A DNA stretch of 38,189 nucleotides, taken from a virus. Taxonomy: Duplodnaviria > Caudoviricetes. The stretch is taken from the IMG/VR virus record IMGVR_UViG_3300008255_000064, positions 1-38,189 of that record. The stretch is one strand, 5' to 3'. The position numbers were made by a program, and so were the translations under genes. Positions 9,255-18,223 of this stretch are shown here, piece after piece. Every line of letters begins with the position of its first letter. Position 1 is the stretch's first letter. Below the pieces are notes generated by a model, which saw only the letters and a program-made list of their open reading frames with translations, was not told where the DNA came from and ran no database searches.

Positions 9255-11539
9255 TGCCGATCCGGGGGATCCTCTACAGCTTCAACGGCGGCGAGCTGTC
9301 GCGCCGGATGGAGGGCCGTGTCGATCTCGATGGGGTTTATGATCGCGGCGCGGCGGAAATGTTCAATTGGGTCAGCACGGTCGAAGGGCCGGCGCTCAAG
9401 CGGTCTGGCACACGGCATATTCGCGCGGCGGCGGCGAGCTCGACCTGGCTTTCGAGTTTCGTGTTCAACGTGACGCAAGCCTATGTGCTCGAGTGGTTCG
9501 AGGAAGCGGTGCGTTTTTTCACCAACGGCGCGCAGATCGAGAGCTCGCCCGGTGTGCCGTATGAGGTCGCGGTGCCCTATGCGGCGGCCGAGGCGCCGGC
9601 GATCTCGAGCGTGCAAAGTTTCGATCGGCTTTACCTGGCGCACGAAAATCATGCGCCGGCGTCGCTGACGCGCACCGCAGCCTCGACGTTCGCGCACGAG
9701 ACGCTCGAGCTCAAAAACGGGCCGTTCGAGGATTACAATTCCAACAAGGCGCGCACGATCACTCTTTCGGGCACGCTAACTGTTGGCGGGAGTGCGACGG
9801 CAACGGCCAGCACTGGAATATTCGATACGGGGATGGTTGGTTCGCCGATCATTATCGAGGCCGACGACTTTTCGGACGTCAAGGCTTGGGAGCCGGGTTA
9901 CGACGGGATCACGGTCGGCACCAAGCGGCGCAGCGACGGCAAGGTTTACCAATGCACGGCGGTCGGCAGCGATAGCCGCACCGGGACAGTGCAGCCGACG
10001 CACACGAGCGGTGCCGAATGGGACGGCACCGATCTCGGCCAGGACATCAATGCCAACAATGCCGGCGGGGTTAAGTGGGAGTATCTCTACGATCGGTTCG
10101 GGATCGGCACGATCACGGCGGTCGGAAGCTCTACTTCGGCGACGATCGAGGTCACGCGGCGCTTTCCCGACAGCCTGACAGGCGCGGCCAGCCACAAGTG
10201 GGCGCTCGGCGCCTTCTCCGATTACGCGGGATGGCCGAAACTGGTGTGCATTGCTTTCGGGCGGATGATTTTCTTCAAGGGGGTGGAGATCTACGGTTCT
10301 GTCGTGGGGGATTATGGCGGCGGCCAGGTCAATTTCGCACCGCTGACCGATAGCGGGCTGTTCGCCGCGGATATGGCGTTTCGGCGCCGTCTCGAGCTCC
10401 CCGATCCGCCGCTGTGGGTGCGCGCCGACAAGGAGGCGCTGGTGATTGGCACCGCGCGCGGCGAATACCTGATTACCGCGATCAACACGACAGAGCCGGT
10501 CAGCGGCGACAATCTGCAAGCCCTGCCGCAAAGCTCCTATGGCTCGGCGGCGGTGCGGCCGATACAGGTCGGCACCGCTTCGCTGTTCGTCCAGCGCGGC
10601 GCGCGCAAGATCCGCGAGGCCGAATACACCTATCAGCGTGAGCGGTTCGTCGGGCTGAATATCACGGTATGGGCGAGGCACATTACCCGTTCGGGGATCC
10701 GCCAGCTCGCGTTTCAGCAGGAACCCGAGGAAATGCTGTGGGCGGTGCGCGAGGACGGCGTGCTGGCGGCACACCCGCATAGTCCCGAGCAACAGGTCAA
10801 GGGATTTTCGCGCTGCGCGCTTGGCGCGGGCGCGGTGATTTCCTCGGTGGCGATCCCGAGCGACGACGGCGCAAAGGACGATCTCTGGCTTCTCGCCGAG
10901 CTCGACGGCGCCCGGCACGTGCTCAAGCTCGCCGATTGGTGGGAGGAGATCGACGCGCGCGATCATGCCGACGAGAATGCGCTCGAGGCCGCGCGTTCGG
11001 CGGCGATCAAGGATGCGTTTTTCGTCGATTACGGGGTGAGTTACGACGGCACTCCCAAGGCCGAGTTCAATGACGGGCTCGATCATCTTGTCGGCCGCGA
11101 GGTATGGATATTGGCTGACGGCGGCGTAGTGCCGCCGCAGGTGGTGCAGGCGAGCGAGCCCCGGATCACGCTGCCCTACGAGGCCGGCAAGGTGCATATC
11201 GGAATCGGTTATTATGCGCGGTTCACGCCGATGCGGCCGGAAGTGCGAGGCGCGCCGACGCAACAGGGCTTGCGCAAGCGCGTGGTGCGGGCGCTGTTCC
11301 GGCTGATCGACGCGGCGGCGCTGATCGTGCGGGATCCGGCGAGCGGGCGCGACGAGCGGCTGATCGACCGGCCCGGCTCGAGCAAGATGAATGAGGCGGT
11401 GCCGCTGTTCACCGGCGATACCGAGAACAAGGCGGTCGGCGGCGGTTATGATCGCAACGGCCAGTTCACGCTGATTTCCGACGCGCCGCTGCCGGCAATG
11501 GTGACGGCGATCCTGCCGTCGATGGAAGTCGAACAGTGA
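9254..11539 (+). CDS. Tail tubular protein B / nozzle (T7 gp12-like)
   Basis: SFNGGELS start, GPALKRSGT, LFVQRGARKIRE, GLDHLVGREV, VHIGIGY motifs; 761 aa. Confidence 0.9.
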   Translation: MPIRGILYSFNGGELSRRMEGRVDLDGVYDRGAAEMFNWVSTVEGPALKRSGTRHIRAAAASSTWLSSFVFNVTQAYVLEWFEEAVRFFTNGAQIESSPGVPYEVAVPYAAAEAPAISSVQSFDRLYLAHENHAPASLTRTAASTFAHETLELKNGPFEDYNSNKARTITLSGTLTVGGSATATASTGIFDTGMVGSPIIIEADDFSDVKAWEPGYDGITVGTKRRSDGKVYQCTAVGSDSRTGTVQPTHTSGAEWDGTDLGQDINANNAGGVKWEYLYDRFGIGTITAVGSSTSATIEVTRRFPDSLTGAASHKWALGAFSDYAGWPKLVCIAFGRMIFFKGVEIYGSVVGDYGGGQVNFAPLTDSGLFAADMAFRRRLELPDPPLWVRADKEALVIGTARGEYLITAINTTEPVSGDNLQALPQSSYGSAAVRPIQVGTASLFVQRGARKIREAEYTYQRERFVGLNITVWARHITRSGIRQLAFQQEPEEMLWAVREDGVLAAHPHSPEQQVKGFSRCALGAGAVISSVAIPSDDGAKDDLWLLAELDGARHVLKLADWWEEIDARDHADENALEAARSAAIKDAFFVDYGVSYDGTPKAEFNDGLDHLVGREVWILADGGVVPPQVVQASEPRITLPYEAGKVHIGIGYYARFTPMRPEVRGAPTQQGLRKRVVRALFRLIDAAALIVRDPASGRDERLIDRPGSSKMNEAVPLFTGDTENKAVGGGYDRNGQFTLISDAPLPAMVTAILPSMEVEQ

Positions 11540-12003
11540 GCGGCGGGGCGGTCACTTTCCGGCCTATGCGAGCGAGTGATGCGCCCGAGCTCGAGCTGCA
11601 AGCAAGCCAACAATTCGAGCTCGGGCTCGACGAGCCGATCCTGACGGCCGAGCGTGGCGCCGATCTGGCCGAGCACGGCGTCGCCTGGACTGCGCAGCGG
11701 GGCGAACGGATCCTGTGCTGTTCGGGCTTTCGCGAGATCTATCGCGGGCACGCGGTGGCATGGGCGGCGTTTGCCGATCCGGCCGAGATCGGGGCACTCG
11801 CCGGTGGCCGGATCACGCTGTTCGCGCGGGCGACGCTGGCGGCGGTGCTCGGCGATCGGTTTCACCGGATCGAGGCGATCATTGAGGCCGACAATGAGCG
11901 GGCGCTGATGTGGGCGCGGCGGATCGGGCTCGAGCCGTCGGCGGTGCTGCGCAAATACGGCGGCGAAGCGCGCGATCATATCTTGTTCGAGAGGGTAGCA
12001 TGA
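11536..12003 (+). CDS. GNAT-fold virion assembly protein (T7 gp13-like)
   Basis: HRIEAII.ADNERALMWARRIGLE...LRKYG C-terminus; position after nozzle. Confidence 0.7.
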   Translation: MSGGAVTFRPMRASDAPELELQASQQFELGLDEPILTAERGADLAEHGVAWTAQRGERILCCSGFREIYRGHAVAWAAFADPAEIGALAGGRITLFARATLAAVLGDRFHRIEAIIEADNERALMWARRIGLEPSAVLRKYGGEARDHILFERVA

Positions 12004-12410
12004 AGGCGATCGGTCATTTCGCGGAAGGGGCCGCCGGCTATGAGGCCGGCAAGTTTACCCGCAAGGTCATGCAAACCAATTCGGCGAACGCGCTTCGCGA
12101 CGGGGCGGCCGAAGCCTCGCGTCTGCGCGACACGGCGCGCCTGGCGATGGGGCGGCAAATCGCCGGGCTCGCGGCGTCGGGTTTTGAGGGTGCGAGCGGC
12201 TCGGCGCTCGACGCGGTGCGCGAGAGCTCGATCGAGAGCGAGCTCGAGATCATGTCGGCGCGGCGGCGCAGCGAGGCGGCGGCCAGTGGTTACAAGAGCC
12301 AGGGGCAGATTGCCTATGCGCAAGGTTACAACGCAATGAGCTCGGGGGTGATTTCGGGCGTGAACGCGACGATCGACAGCGTCGCCAAGCTAAACTACGC
12401 GGGGAGCTGA
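12000..12410 (+). CDS. Internal virion (ejection) protein, gp14-like
   Basis: ATG 12000 (ATGA overlap); Ala/Gly-rich GRQIAGLAASG...SGSALD motif. Confidence 0.75.
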   Translation: MKAIGHFAEGAAGYEAGKFTRKVMQTNSANALRDGAAEASRLRDTARLAMGRQIAGLAASGFEGASGSALDAVRESSIESELEIMSARRRSEAAASGYKSQGQIAYAQGYNAMSSGVISGVNATIDSVAKLNYAGS

Positions 12411-12414
12411 CGGG

Positions 12415-14406
12415 ATGGCGCGGGCGCCAGTATATCGGGCAGGGACCAATCCGGGCGGCACGCCGGCCTTTTCGGGCGCCGATCCGGCGTCGTTCGGTGC
12501 CGGCGTCGGCCGCGCGCTGCAAGAGGTCGGGGACAGTATGGAGCGGCGTCGCGAACGCGAGTTCCAGCGCCGGCGCGAGGAGGAGGCAGCGAACGCCGGG
12601 GTGGCGATGGCCGCGATCACCGGCGAGATCGACGTCCTGGCGACGCAATCGCGCGAGACGGCGGCGGCCGGCGGCGAGGGGCACACCGAAGCGGTGCTCG
12701 CCGAGCTCGACAAGCGCACCGAGGAGTTGCTTGGCGGGGTCGAGAACGAACGGGTGCGGCAAGCCTATCGCGGCCAGGCCGCCGATCTGCGCGCGCGGAT
12801 ACAGGCGCGCGAGGAAGGCTGGCAGGCGGGCGCGCGGGTCAATCACAAGGTTGAGCAGCTCGACAAAACCGGAACCCTGCTCGCCAACACGCAAGCGACC
12901 AATCCGACGCCAGAAGGGCTCGAAGGCGCGCTCGGCCAGGTCGAGGCGCAGGTCGGGTTGCTCGACCTGGCCGAGAACGTCAAAACGCAAGTGGTGCGCG
13001 AGCAGCAACGCAAGGTCGCTGCCGCGTGGGGCAATGCGATGGTCGAGCGCGATCACGAGGCGCTGGTCGCGGTAATCGACGCCGGCGCGCTCAATCCCTA
13101 TCTCGAGCCCGAAGATCTCGACCGGCTGCGCGACGGGGCGCTGGTCGAGGGGCGTCGCCGCGACGCGGCCGAGCGCGCGCGCCTGGCGGCCGAGGAGGCC
13201 GAGGCGCGCGAGGCGATCGGGCTGTTCAAGAAGCGCATTGCCGCCGGCGATCAGCCGAGCGACGAGGAGTTCTCCGAGCATACCGCGCTGGCGCAGCAAT
13301 TCGGGCTCGAGGGCTCCGAGTTTGATATTGCGGTTGCCCGTTCCGAGGTTTCGATCAACCGGGAAACCCGCGATTGGACGCCGACGATGTTCGAGCAGTC
13401 GATCAACGATCTGCGCGCCAAGGGTGATAGCCGATCGACCGGCGAGAACGTGCGCCTGGCGCAGCTCGAGCGGATCCGTGATGGGCGGGTGAGCGAGTTC
13501 GTGGACGATCCGCAGGCGCACGCGGCGCGGGTCGGCAACCCGGCGCCGGCGGTGAATTGGGAGGGGGCGACGCGCGGCGAGATCCAGCGCCGGGCGACCT
13601 GGGCGCGCGGTTATGCGCAGGCGAACGGCCTGGTCAACCCGCCCTATATGAGCCCCGAGGAAATGCGGCCGCTTAAAGAGCGCGCCGAGCAGGGGGCGGT
13701 GGGGCAGCTCGAGGTCGCGCAGCAGCTTCGCAACCAATGGGGCGCCGGTATCGGCGGGGAATTGGCAACGCAGCTCGATCCGGGGAATGCGACGCTCAAG
13801 CTGATGGTCGGCCTGCCGGCGCAAACCGCGACCTGGTATTCGCGCGGGATCGAGGCTCGCAAGGTCAATCCCAAACTGTTCGATCGTGACGCCGCGCTCG
13901 ACGTGTGGAGCGAGGTCGCGGAAGCGGTGCCGGCGGATTTCCGTTCGGCGGTATTTGAGGCGGCGGCCAATGTCGCCGCCGCGCGGCTCGACGCGCACGG
14001 CGGCGATGCGTTCGACGAGCGGACGTTCCGCAGCTCGATCGACTTTGCGCTCGGCGCCTATGGCAATGCGCAAAACCCATCGGGCGGGATTGGCGAGTGG
14101 CGGGGTTCGCGCGTTTGGCTGCCGCCAGGGATCGCGCAAGGCGATTTCGAGCGGCGGCTGACGCGCGCGACCGGCGAGCAGATCGTCGGCGCGGCGGTGG
14201 ATGCGCGCGGCCAGCCTTCGGGCCGGGCTCCGCGCTATGCCGGTCCCGACGGCAGGCCTGGCCGGGCGCTGTCGCCGGCGCAGTTGAGAGAGCTCGAGCT
14301 CGAGACGGTGAGCCCTGGCGTCTTTCGCGTGCGTGGGCAGATCGGCGGGGTGCTGGTCGACGACCAGGGCCGGCCGTGGCAGTTCGACGTGCGGAGGATA
14401 CCCTAA
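12415..14406 (+). CDS. Internal virion (ejection) protein
   Basis: 663 aa helical, Ala/Glu/Arg-rich; synteny in the ejectosome cluster. Confidence 0.72.
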   Translation: MARAPVYRAGTNPGGTPAFSGADPASFGAGVGRALQEVGDSMERRREREFQRRREEEAANAGVAMAAITGEIDVLATQSRETAAAGGEGHTEAVLAELDKRTEELLGGVENERVRQAYRGQAADLRARIQAREEGWQAGARVNHKVEQLDKTGTLLANTQATNPTPEGLEGALGQVEAQVGLLDLAENVKTQVVREQQRKVAAAWGNAMVERDHEALVAVIDAGALNPYLEPEDLDRLRDGALVEGRRRDAAERARLAAEEAEAREAIGLFKKRIAAGDQPSDEEFSEHTALAQQFGLEGSEFDIAVARSEVSINRETRDWTPTMFEQSINDLRAKGDSRSTGENVRLAQLERIRDGRVSEFVDDPQAHAARVGNPAPAVNWEGATRGEIQRRATWARGYAQANGLVNPPYMSPEEMRPLKERAEQGAVGQLEVAQQLRNQWGAGIGGELATQLDPGNATLKLMVGLPAQTATWYSRGIEARKVNPKLFDRDAALDVWSEVAEAVPADFRSAVFEAAANVAAARLDAHGGDAFDERTFRSSIDFALGAYGNAQNPSGGIGEWRGSRVWLPPGIAQGDFERRLTRATGEQIVGAAVDARGQPSGRAPRYAGPDGRPGRALSPAQLRELELETVSPGVFRVRGQIGGVLVDDQGRPWQFDVRRIP

Positions 14407-17400
14407 TGGGCCTTGCGCCTCGCCGCGCGCCGTCGAGGATCGGCGAGACAGAGTTCGATCCCGACAGGGTGTTCGACCAGGGGACGATCGCCGACACGTT
14501 CGAGCGCCGTGCGGAGCCGCAGCGGCCGGCGCCGGCGCAAGAGCCGGTCGATGATCTCGGCGAGATTTTCGAGGCCGCGCGCACCTATAGCCGGGTCGAT
14601 CGCGGCGACAGCGAGAGCCTGCGCCTGACGCGCGGGTTCGAGCCGATCCTAGAGGCGCTCAATTCGGGCCTGCCCGAGGATCAGCAGTTCGTCGATCCGG
14701 GGTTGTGGATCCGCATGGGCGGCAATCTCGATAGTCTCGCCGGGCAAATGCAGCGGCGGCCGGGCCGGCGTGAGACGTGGAACCCGAGCACCTGGTTTCG
14801 CGACCGGGTGACGGTGCGGCAGCAGATGGAAAATATCTTCGCCGAAATCCGCCAGCGCCGTGCGAAGGATCCCGCGTTTCTGCCTGGCGTGCCTGATACC
14901 TGGCAAGAGTATTACCAGGGCTTGCTCGAGCGCGACAAAAAAGAGCGTGGGGCGGCGTCGGACGTGCTTTCGCGGACGTCGGGGTTCACGGCCGGCGCGG
15001 TCGGCTTTGCGGGCGGTGCGCGCGAGATTATGGCGGATCCGCTCAATATCGCGACGCTCCCGCTTGGCGGCGGGCTCGGCGCCGGCAAGGGGCTGGTGAC
15101 GATCGCGGCGCGCGAGGCGCTGATCAACGGCGCGATCGAGGCGCTCCAGATCCCGCAAATGGCAGCGAACCGCGAGCTGGTCGGCGACGAGCTGACGGCA
15201 AGCGAGGCGGCGTTCAACGTCGGCACGGCGGCCGCGTTCGGCGGGGCGATGCCGTTCGCTATTCGTGGCGGGATCGAAGGCGGGCGCGCGCTCGGTCGGG
15301 GTTACGATTGGACCGTCGGCAAGGTGTTCGCCGCGATGCCCGAAAGCGTGCAAGGCAAGTGGGCCGCACGGATGAAGGTCGCCGATATGCCGATCGACGA
15401 GTTTTTCGGTGGCCTTAGTCATGCCGATGCGGCCGATTTCGCGCGCGACGTGATCGGTGCCGGGGCGCTGACGCCGGAACAACGCGCGGCGGCTAACGTG
15501 TTAGAGCTCGAGGAGCTCGACGGCGCGAGCTCGCCCTATCTGCCCGGCCTGGCCGGCGATCGTGAGCATAACCAGCGGTTGTCCGTGGCGATCCAGGATA
15601 TAATCGACCAAAATCGGTCGCCGCTCGGGGGGAGTCCTTCGGGTCCAGCGGCGGCCGGTGGGCGCGCGGCGGCGTCGATCGACGACGCGGCCGCTGTGCC
15701 CCTGCGGCCGGGCGAGGCGTCCACCGGCGCCCGGCCGCAGTCAATCGTGAGCCGCGCGATCGGCGCCGGGCGGGCCGATTTCGAGACGGTAAAGGCCAAG
15801 ATCCGGGTGCCGGAAAGCGCCGGCGACGATCGGGCGATCAACCGCGCCGGCTCGAGCGCGTCGGGCCGCTACCAGTTCGTCAAGGGCACCTTCAAGAGCC
15901 TTTACAGGCGGGTGTTCGGCGGCGACGCCGAGCAGGCTTGGAACACTCGGCGGTTCGACGTGGACGTGCAGGAGCGGTTGATGGACGCGCTGCTCGAGGA
16001 AAACGCGGCGGTGCTCGAGCGTGCCGGGGTGCAGGCGACAACGGGCAATCTCTACCTGGCGCACTTCGCCGGCGCCGATCGCGCGGCGCGCATGGCGAAG
16101 GCGGATCCGGCGACGCCGGTTTCGCGCTTCTTCAGCGAGGAAGAGATCGAGCAGAACCCGAGCTATCTCGGCGGTGGCAGGTCGGTGAGCGAGGCGATCG
16201 CGGTAATCTACGGCAAGGTCGACGGCACGGCGGCGAGCGTGCCGGCTCGGCCGGGTTTCGCCGGCGGTGCGGCGGGGGATGCGGGCGAGGACGCGGCCGT
16301 TGCGTTGCTGCGCCAGGAGGCGTTGCGCCTGGGCGAGGTCGCTATCGGCGAGACGCCGCTTGCCACCGGCGGCGCGCTGCCGGCGATGCGTTCGATCCGC
16401 GTGCGTCCCGATCAGTTGACCGTCGATGCCGAGCGGTTCCAGTTCAAGGGCGGCGGCGACGAGTTCGGTGTGACCGAGCGGCTGCGCGGCGTGAGCGAAT
16501 GGAACCCGATCTACGCCGGCCGCGTAGTGGTGTGGGAAGATGCCGGCGGCAAGCTGTTCGTCGCCGACGGGCACCAACGGGTCGGCCTGGCGCGGCGGAT
16601 CGAGGGCGAGCACGGCCAAGAGATCCAGCTCGAGGGGATCGTGCTGCGCGAGAGCGAGGGCGTGACGGCCGAGGATGCGCGCACCTGGGCGGCGCTCAAG
16701 AACATCGCCGAGGGCACCGGGACGGCGGTCGATGCGGCCAAGGTGATCCGCCAGGTGGGGCCGGAAGTGCTCGAGCACCTGCCGCCAAAATCGGCGCTGG
16801 TGCGCGACGGGGCCGCGTTGTCGCGATTGAGCGATGATGCGTTCGGGGCGGTTTACAACGAAGTGATCTCGCCCGAGATCGCGGCTGTGGTGGGGCACCT
16901 GGCGCCCGACAATCCGGCGGGGCACGCGGGCCTGGTCGAATTGCTGGTCAAGCTCGATCCTCCGAACCGGGGGCAGGCTGAAAGCATTGTGCGCCAGGCG
17001 ATCGCGGCGGGCTTCCACAAGAGCGAGCAAGTCGAGCTGTTCGGCGCGCGCGAGATCACGAGCTCGCTGTTCCTCGAGCGCGCGAAAGTGCTCGAGCGTG
17101 GACTTGCGAGCCTGCGCAAGCTAAAGGGCGTTTTCGGCACGGCGTCGAAAAACGCCGATGCCTTGGAAGGGGCGGGATCCAAGATCGCGCGATCGAAGGC
17201 CGAGCAGGAGGCGCAGCGCAATGCCGAAGCAATCGAAATCGTCTCGCGGCTCGCGTTCTCGCAAGGGCCGGTCGCCGATGCGCTCAACCGGGCAGCGGCC
17301 GAGCTCGCCGAAGGGGGACGCCTCACTGACGTCGTTGCGCGGTTTGTCGCCGACGTCCGCAAGCTCGAGCTTGCCGATCTCTCCCGCGCAGGAGCGGGCG

Positions 17401-17948
17401 ATAGTGGGCTCCTCGCTCCTGATGGAGCTGGACGCGGGGGCGATGCTCGAGGCGAAGGTGAACCGCTACAAGGCCAACCAGGCGGTGAGGGACAGCCGAG
17501 CCTCCTAGAGCTAGACCAGGCCACCGCGCGGTTTTCCGATCCCGACGGGCCGGCGGTCAAAGAGCAGGCCGACAGCCTGGTTCACGATTTCAAGGCCGAT
17601 CTGAAAAGCTCGGCCTCGCGCCAGGCACCGCCGCAGCGTGCAATACTCGACGAGGGCGGCGACGCCGCTCCTGCCGCGCTCGATCGCGGGGCCGAAGTTG
17701 ATCCGGCGATCGCCGCGCGCCAGCGCCAGGAGGCCGAGCTCAAAGCCGGCTCGCCGATGCGGGCAACGGCCGAGCAGGATGATACCGGCGGGCTCGCGCT
17801 GTTCGACCAGGCCAACGAGCCGGGGTTCGATCTCGAGGGCATGACGTTCCGCCTGTCCGATGAAGGCGACGAAATCAGCGCGGCGGATCTGCTGGCCGAG
17901 ATCGAGGGCGACGAGGCGGCGGTCGCCGCGATCAGGGGGTGCCTGTGA
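14406..17948 (+). CDS. Large multidomain internal virion protein with lytic transglycosylase-like and ParB-like domains
   Basis: ATG 14406 (TAATG overlap), 1180 aa; ES.G...SSASGRYQF...LYLAHFAG (~15780-16220); VADGHQR ParB/Srx-like motif (~16390-16760). Confidence 0.8.
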   Translation: MGLAPRRAPSRIGETEFDPDRVFDQGTIADTFERRAEPQRPAPAQEPVDDLGEIFEAARTYSRVDRGDSESLRLTRGFEPILEALNSGLPEDQQFVDPGLWIRMGGNLDSLAGQMQRRPGRRETWNPSTWFRDRVTVRQQMENIFAEIRQRRAKDPAFLPGVPDTWQEYYQGLLERDKKERGAASDVLSRTSGFTAGAVGFAGGAREIMADPLNIATLPLGGGLGAGKGLVTIAAREALINGAIEALQIPQMAANRELVGDELTASEAAFNVGTAAAFGGAMPFAIRGGIEGGRALGRGYDWTVGKVFAAMPESVQGKWAARMKVADMPIDEFFGGLSHADAADFARDVIGAGALTPEQRAAANVLELEELDGASSPYLPGLAGDREHNQRLSVAIQDIIDQNRSPLGGSPSGPAAAGGRAAASIDDAAAVPLRPGEASTGARPQSIVSRAIGAGRADFETVKAKIRVPESAGDDRAINRAGSSASGRYQFVKGTFKSLYRRVFGGDAEQAWNTRRFDVDVQERLMDALLEENAAVLERAGVQATTGNLYLAHFAGADRAARMAKADPATPVSRFFSEEEIEQNPSYLGGGRSVSEAIAVIYGKVDGTAASVPARPGFAGGAAGDAGEDAAVALLRQEALRLGEVAIGETPLATGGALPAMRSIRVRPDQLTVDAERFQFKGGGDEFGVTERLRGVSEWNPIYAGRVVVWEDAGGKLFVADGHQRVGLARRIEGEHGQEIQLEGIVLRESEGVTAEDARTWAALKNIAEGTGTAVDAAKVIRQVGPEVLEHLPPKSALVRDGAALSRLSDDAFGAVYNEVISPEIAAVVGHLAPDNPAGHAGLVELLVKLDPPNRGQAESIVRQAIAAGFHKSEQVELFGAREITSSLFLERAKVLERGLASLRKLKGVFGTASKNADALEGAGSKIARSKAEQEAQRNAEAIEIVSRLAFSQGPVADALNRAAAELAEGGRLTDVVARFVADVRKLELADLSRAGAGDSGLLAPDGAGRGGDARGEGEPLQGQPGGEGQPSLLELDQATARFSDPDGPAVKEQADSLVHDFKADLKSSASRQAPPQRAILDEGGDAAPAALDRGAEVDPAIAARQRQEAELKAGSPMRATAEQDDTGGLALFDQANEPGFDLEGMTFRLSDEGDEISAADLLAEIEGDEAAVAAIRGCL

Positions 17949-18223
17949 CGGAAGCGATGAAGTCCGCGCTCAAGTGGATGCGCGATCGCGGTGGCGATTG
18001 CGCGGTCGCGCGCGTGAAGGGTGGCGGGCGGATATTTCTCGCGCAAGGCGAGCACGCGCCCTTTCTGCCGGGAACGGCAAGCAAGCTGATCGACGCCGGG
18101 CTCGCCGAGTATGTTGACCAGGGCGGCCGCAAGGCGGTGCGGTTCCGGTTGCTAGATCCCGCAGCACAGACGCCGGCGACTATGGCCGATTCCAGCATAG
18201 AGGGGCGCGGCTATGTCGCTTGA
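17945..18223 (+). CDS. Small hypothetical protein (possibly winged-helix-like) between ejection genes
   Basis: GTGA overlap; ~92 aa; KLIDAGLAEY motif. Confidence 0.55.
   Translation: MTEAMKSALKWMRDRGGDCAVARVKGGGRIFLAQGEHAPFLPGTASKLIDAGLAEYVDQGGRKAVRFRLLDPAAQTPATMADSSIEGRGYVA
18167..18200 (+). promoter_or_regulatory. 34-bp dispersed motif, copy upstream of the 820-aa ejection gene
   Basis: CAGACG-CCGG-CGACTATG-GC-CGATTCC-AG-CATAG. Confidence 0.65.
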
